A stretch of 64,000 bases of DNA from an uncultured Gammaproteobacteria bacterium (lineage in GTDB: Bacteria > Actinomycetota > Acidimicrobiia > Acidimicrobiales > Aldehydirespiratoraceae): NCBI GenBank assembly GCA_964196195.1, contig CAXMSE010000039.1, positions 66,329 to 130,328 of the forward strand, in the 5' to 3' direction. Positions 60,294 to 64,000 of this stretch are shown here, in pieces; the stretch's first letter is position 1, and each line of letters opens with the position of its first letter. Both the position numbers and the translations under genes were made by a program. A model generated the notes under the pieces. The model was not told where the DNA came from. It saw only the letters and a list, made by a program, of their open reading frames with translations, and ran no database searches.

Positions 60294-60923
60294 TCAGTCG
60301 ATCCCCAGCTCCGTGATTCGGTCCGTCACCCGCCGACGCTCGTCGCCGATCACCGTTGAATCCCCGTGTCCAGTGTGCACGACGGTGTCGTCTGGCATCG
60401 TGAGCAGGTGGTCGCGGATCGAGCGCAGGATGGTCGGCTCGTCGCTGAAGCTACGCCCGGTTGCACCGGGGCCACCACAGAACAAGGTGTCACCGCTGAC
60501 CACCCGCGCTGCGTCGACGTCGTGAAAACAACAACAGCCAGGGGAGTGGCCGGGGGTGTGGATCACACCCACGGAGTGACCGCCCGCCTCCAGTAGCGAG
60601 CCAGGTACGACTTCGCCGTCGGGCGCGGAGTCGGGATACACCACATCCCAGAGCATCCGATCGGCGGGGTGGAGCAGGATCGGAGCGTCGACAGCCGACC
60701 GAAGTTGAACTGCCGCGTTGATGTGGTCGTTATGGCCGTGAGTGCACACGATTGCGCTGACCCGCCGCCCACCGACCGCTTCCACGATCGGTCGGTGGTC
60801 GTGAGCCGCGTCGAAGATCATCACTTCACGGTGATCGCCCACAAGCCAGATGTTGTTGGTGACTTCCCACTCACCGCCGTCGAGAGCGAAGACCCCTTCG
60901 GTGGTGACGAGTTCGATCGACAT
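60294..60923 (-). CDS. MBL-fold metallo-hydrolase (glyoxalase II-like), partner of mycothiol-dependent formaldehyde dehydrogenase
   Basis: 209 aa. CTHGHNDH, HTPGHSPG and HTGHG are present. It lies immediately downstream of the class-III ADH, as in mycobacterial Rv2259/Rv2260 by my recollection. Confidence 0.8.
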   Translation of the reverse strand: MSIELVTTEGVFALDGGEWEVTNNIWLVGDHREVMIFDAAHDHRPIVEAVGGRRVSAIVCTHGHNDHINAAVQLRSAVDAPILLHPADRMLWDVVYPDSAPDGEVVPGSLLEAGGHSVGVIHTPGHSPGCCCFHDVDAARVVSGDTLFCGGPGATGRSFSDEPTILRSIRDHLLTMPDDTVVHTGHGDSTVIGDERRRVTDRITELGID

Positions 60924-60938
60924 ATCGGCCGTCCCCGC

Positions 60939-62024
60939 TCAGAGCACCACGACGGACCGCAGCACCTCGCCACGTTCCATCTTGTGGAAGGCCTCCTCGA
61001 CTTCGTCGAGCGCGATGGTTTCGGAGACGAAGCCATCGAGGTCGAGACGCCCCTGTCGGTAGAGATCGATGAGCATCGGGAAATCACGCGACGGGAGGCA
61101 GTCGCCGTACCAGCTCGACTTGAGTGAGCCGCCGCGTCCGAAGATCTCGATGAAGGGCAACTCGATGGTCATGTCGGGGTGGGGTACCCCCACCAGCACG
61201 ACGGTGCCGGCGAGGTCGCGGGCCTCGAAACACTGCTTGTAGACCTCGGGAAGACCGATGGCGTCGATGGCCACGTCGACGCCGTTGCCGGCGGTGAGTT
61301 CCCGGATCTTGGCAACGGGATCCTCGGCCCCGGAGTTGATGGTGTGGGTGGCGCCGAATCCCTTGGCCCACTCGAGCTTCTGGTCGTCGATATCCACCGC
61401 GATGATCGTGGAGGCTCCGGCCAGCTTGGATCCGGCGATCGCGGCATCACCGACACCCCCGCAGCCAAATACGGCCACACTGTCGCCTCGCCCGACCCCG
61501 CCGGTGTTGATGGCAGCGCCGATGCCGGCCATGACTCCACATCCGAGCAGCCCGGCCGCCGCCGGCGAGGCCTCGGGGTCGACCTTGGTGCACTGGCCCG
61601 CGGCCACCAGCGTCTTCTCGGCGAATGCACCGATTCCGAGCGCAGGGGAGAGCTCCGTGCCGTCCTCGAGGGTCATCTTCTGCTCCGCGTTGAACGTCGA
61701 GAAGCAGTATTGGGGCTTGCCCTTCACGCAAGAGCGGCAGGTGCCGCACACCGCTCGCCAGTTGAGGATCACGAAGTCGCCGACCACGACGTCGGTGACG
61801 CCATCGCCGACCGATTCGATGAGCCCCGAGGCCTCGTGGCCGAGAAGGAACGGGAACTCGTCGTTGATGGCACCCTCGCGGTAATGGAGGTCGGTGTGGC
61901 ATACGCCGCAGGCCTGGATGGCCACCACCGCTTCGCCCGGGCCGGGGTCGGGAATCACGATGTTTTCGATCGTGACCGCGGCGCCTTTGGTCATCGCTAC
62001 AACACCCTTCACGGTCTGGGGCAT
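60939..62024 (-). CDS. mscR: S-(hydroxymethyl)mycothiol dehydrogenase (class III Zn-ADH, MscR-like)
   Basis: ATG at 62024 gives [40 protein letters not shown] and [12 protein letters not shown] are present. It is near-collinear with my memory of M. tuberculosis MscR. Confidence 0.85.
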   Translation of the reverse strand: MPQTVKGVVAMTKGAAVTIENIVIPDPGPGEAVVAIQACGVCHTDLHYREGAINDEFPFLLGHEASGLIESVGDGVTDVVVGDFVILNWRAVCGTCRSCVKGKPQYCFSTFNAEQKMTLEDGTELSPALGIGAFAEKTLVAAGQCTKVDPEASPAAAGLLGCGVMAGIGAAINTGGVGRGDSVAVFGCGGVGDAAIAGSKLAGASTIIAVDIDDQKLEWAKGFGATHTINSGAEDPVAKIRELTAGNGVDVAIDAIGLPEVYKQCFEARDLAGTVVLVGVPHPDMTIELPFIEIFGRGGSLKSSWYGDCLPSRDFPMLIDLYRQGRLDLDGFVSETIALDEVEEAFHKMERGEVLRSVVVL

Positions 62025-62089
62025 CTTCGAGTTCCTCTTCGTGGTCAGGGGTGGATCGGCAAGCACCCTAGACGGAGATCTCCACCAAG

Positions 62090-62767
62090 TCAGCTGTCGA
62101 GAAGGTCGCGCACCAGCGCCCAGTCGGGCGGGATCAGTTTGAGCAGGTCCTCACGGTTGGCGGCGACGAGATCGGCGTATTCGAACCGATCGACCTCGGT
62201 CACGATGTCTTCGAAGTGGTCGAGCAGCACCGTGCTCGTGGGGTCGAGGCCGGTGATGATCGCCATGCCCGTCGGTTCGACCGCGACGGTATGCACGGTG
62301 AGGCCGCGGCGATGGCGGCGCAGGGCCACGATGGTCTTCCAGACATCGCCGGACCAGATCATGGTGGTGCGCTCACGACTGCTCGTGATCTCATCGATCG
62401 GGTTGCAGTCGTGGATGAGGATCACACTGTCGGGCGTCGACAGGTTCTCGACGTTGGCGAAGTCGCGCAGGGCTTGATCCCAATGGTGGAGCCCGTCGAT
62501 GAACGCAAGATCGACGAGGCGGCCGTGGAGGGCCCTCGGATCGGCGAAGAACGCATCGCTGGTAAGGGCCACGATCGTGCAGTCGGGCGGGGGATCGGCG
62601 ACATTCGGCAGGGGATCGACTCCCACGATCCGGGTGCCGGACTGTGCAAAGGCCAGCGAGTGTCCCTCGTGGACACCGATCTCGAGGTAGGTGGCGGGTC
62701 GGCGAAACTCGTGAACGCGCCTGAGTAGGTCGTAGTAGGTGGAGATCGGTTCGGCCAGGAGCGTCAC
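62090..62767 (-). CDS. Class I SAM-dependent methyltransferase (Methyltransf_24-like)
   Basis: GTG at 62767 overlaps the upstream stop (GTGA). [14 protein letters not shown] (SAM motif I-like) and AFIDGLHH are present. Confidence 0.65.
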   Translation of the reverse strand: MTLLAEPISTYYDLLRRVHEFRRPATYLEIGVHEGHSLAFAQSGTRIVGVDPLPNVADPPPDCTIVALTSDAFFADPRALHGRLVDLAFIDGLHHWDQALRDFANVENLSTPDSVILIHDCNPIDEITSSRERTTMIWSGDVWKTIVALRRHRRGLTVHTVAVEPTGMAIITGLDPTSTVLLDHFEDIVTEVDRFEYADLVAANREDLLKLIPPDWALVRDLLDS

Positions 62768-63585
62768 CGGGTGCGCCGCCAGTGGATCCCCGTCCAGTCG
62801 ATCTCGACGATCTCGTCGTTGATACCGTGGCGGGTCCGGTAGTCGTCGACCGCCCGGCGGCACGGCTCCCAGGCCCCGTAGTCGTCGACGATCAGGAAGC
62901 CGCCGACGCTGAGCTTCGGGTATAGGGCGTCGAGCACTTCCATCGTCGACTGGTAGAGATCACCGTCGAGGCGGAGGACAGCGAGGCGATCGATGGGGGC
63001 ATCCGACAGGGTGTCGGAGAACCAGCCCTCGACGAGGTGGACCCGTTCGTCAAGCAGACCGTAACGTTCGAAGTTCGATCTCACCTGAGCGGCCGACACG
63101 GCCAGCGCTGCCACATTCGACAGGTCGTGCCCGGCATCTTCTGGATAGGTGTCGAGATCAGGCGCAGGTAGTCCTTCGAAGCTGTCGGCCACCCACACTC
63201 GGCGGTCGGCGTCGCTCCAGGCCTCCAGGATGCCGCGCATCAAGATGGTGACGCCGCCGCGCCATACCCCCGTTTCGATCAGGTCGCCGGGGACCCCGTC
63301 GCGGAGAACCGTTTCGACGCACCGGCGCACGTCCGTGAGGCGCTGTCGACCCACCATGGTTTCGGCCGAGGGAGGCCAATCGTTGCCCTCGTCTCGCTTG
63401 GTCGGGTCGCCACCGCGCCGCGTGAGGCGCCAACCTCGGGCCCGTAGGGCCGTACGAAGCTCGGCGGGTGAGCCGGGGCCCGGCCAGACCTCGAGGTCGA
63501 CGTCGTGGGTTTCTTCGTCGAGGAAGAGCTCGCGGGTGAGGCAAGCCATGAGCAGGTCGACATAACGATCGCGAGCCGAGGTCAT
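62764..63585 (-). CDS. TylF/MycF (macrocin-O-methyltransferase) family methyltransferase
   Basis: 273 aa. GDLIETGVWRGG, VWVADSFEGLP, LRLDGDLYQST and GGFLIVDDY are TylF-family signatures. Confidence 0.85.
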   Translation of the reverse strand: MTSARDRYVDLLMACLTRELFLDEETHDVDLEVWPGPGSPAELRTALRARGWRLTRRGGDPTKRDEGNDWPPSAETMVGRQRLTDVRRCVETVLRDGVPGDLIETGVWRGGVTILMRGILEAWSDADRRVWVADSFEGLPAPDLDTYPEDAGHDLSNVAALAVSAAQVRSNFERYGLLDERVHLVEGWFSDTLSDAPIDRLAVLRLDGDLYQSTMEVLDALYPKLSVGGFLIVDDYGAWEPCRRAVDDYRTRHGINDEIVEIDWTGIHWRRTR

Positions 63586-63597
63586 GAAGCCGGCAGC

Positions 63598-64000
63598 CTA
63601 GACGGGGCGGGGAAGGACCCAGATGCCGATCGGTGTCGACGGAAGAAACGACAGGATCTTCTCCTCACGGAGGGTGTAGCCGAGCCGCTGAGCCACTCCT
63701 TGGGACGCGGTATTGCTGGGGAGGATGCAGCTGAAGAGCTCTTCATCGTGGTGGTTGGCGAACGCCCAGTCGATTGATGCCCGACCGGCTTCGGTGGCGT
63801 AGCCGTGGCCCCAGTGGGCGGGATCGAGGGTCCAGCCGATTTCGAGGCCGGGCCAGTCGGCGATGGCAGGGCGATGGGGCCCGGCCCTACCCACGAGGTC
63901 GCCGGAGCTCTTCAACTCCACCGCCCAGTTGCCGGAGTTGCGCAAAGCCCACTGACCCAGCCAGCGCGCCAGTCCGGTCCACGCCATCTCGCGATCGAAC
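63598..64000 (-). CDS. GNAT-family N-acetyltransferase (RimJ/RimL-like), 5' end outside window
   Basis: GWTLDPAHWGHGYATEAGRASIDWAF...NTASQGVAQRLGY is present. The reading frame stays open to the window edge (FDREMAWTG...). Confidence 0.7.
   Translation of the reverse strand, partial: FDREMAWTGLARWLGQWALRNSGNWAVELKSSGDLVGRAGPHRPAIADWPGLEIGWTLDPAHWGHGYATEAGRASIDWAFANHHDEELFSCILPSNTASQGVAQRLGYTLREEKILSFLPSTPIGIWVLPRPV

Noticed and set aside
1-64000. Search for CRISPR arrays, IS elements or transposases, integrases, phage genes, toxin-antitoxin pairs and known defence-system signatures such as restriction-modification, Cas and abortive-infection genes.
   Set aside because: None found. The only helicases and nucleases (AdnAB and the SF2 helicase) are in conserved housekeeping-type contexts, and the only tandem repeats are in-frame coding repeats.

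Overview
By eye this is a GC-rich chromosomal window (I computed no statistics). It carries actinobacterial hallmarks: an AdnAB-type helicase-nuclease pair, a DUF3097-like gene, a mycothiol-type formaldehyde dehydrogenase with its MBL partner, many GTG starts, and frequent 1-4 nt start/stop overlaps. I call about 50 protein genes. I saw no rRNA, tRNA, CRISPR array, transposase, integrase or phage genes. Most content is ordinary metabolism and repair: menF-D-H-C, ino1, an indolepyruvate-oxidoreductase-type enzyme, GGT, M20 peptidases, two acyl-CoA ligases, Tag, an aquaporin, a sulfatase, a P450, PsuG and ABC/MFS/EamA transporters. The best candidate for something undescribed is a 5.9-kb gene (3698-9604, minus strand). 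It encodes a 1,968-aa protein with a signal peptide, three tandem four-Cys ectodomain modules, a six-helix membrane block, a second Cys-rich ectodomain, a seventh helix and an ~800-aa tail of no family I recognise. This gene is translationally coupled (ATGA overlap) to a 503-aa TPR-like cytoplasmic protein, and a heterodimeric ABC exporter pair follows on the same strand. Secondary points of interest are listed here.
- A PLP-enzyme / PLP-enzyme / MFS three-gene cluster (16193-20158).
- A MerR-isochorismate synthase fusion heading the men operon.
- An A/T-rich single-gene cassette with palindromic operator-like sites between adnA and the DUF3097-like gene.
- A secreted protein with a duplicated Cys/His motif and an acidic SGSGHGSDD repeat tail.
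- A ~375-nt structured non-coding leader upstream of the aquaporin gene.
All functional calls rest on motif recognition by eye in the supplied translations. No database search was possible.
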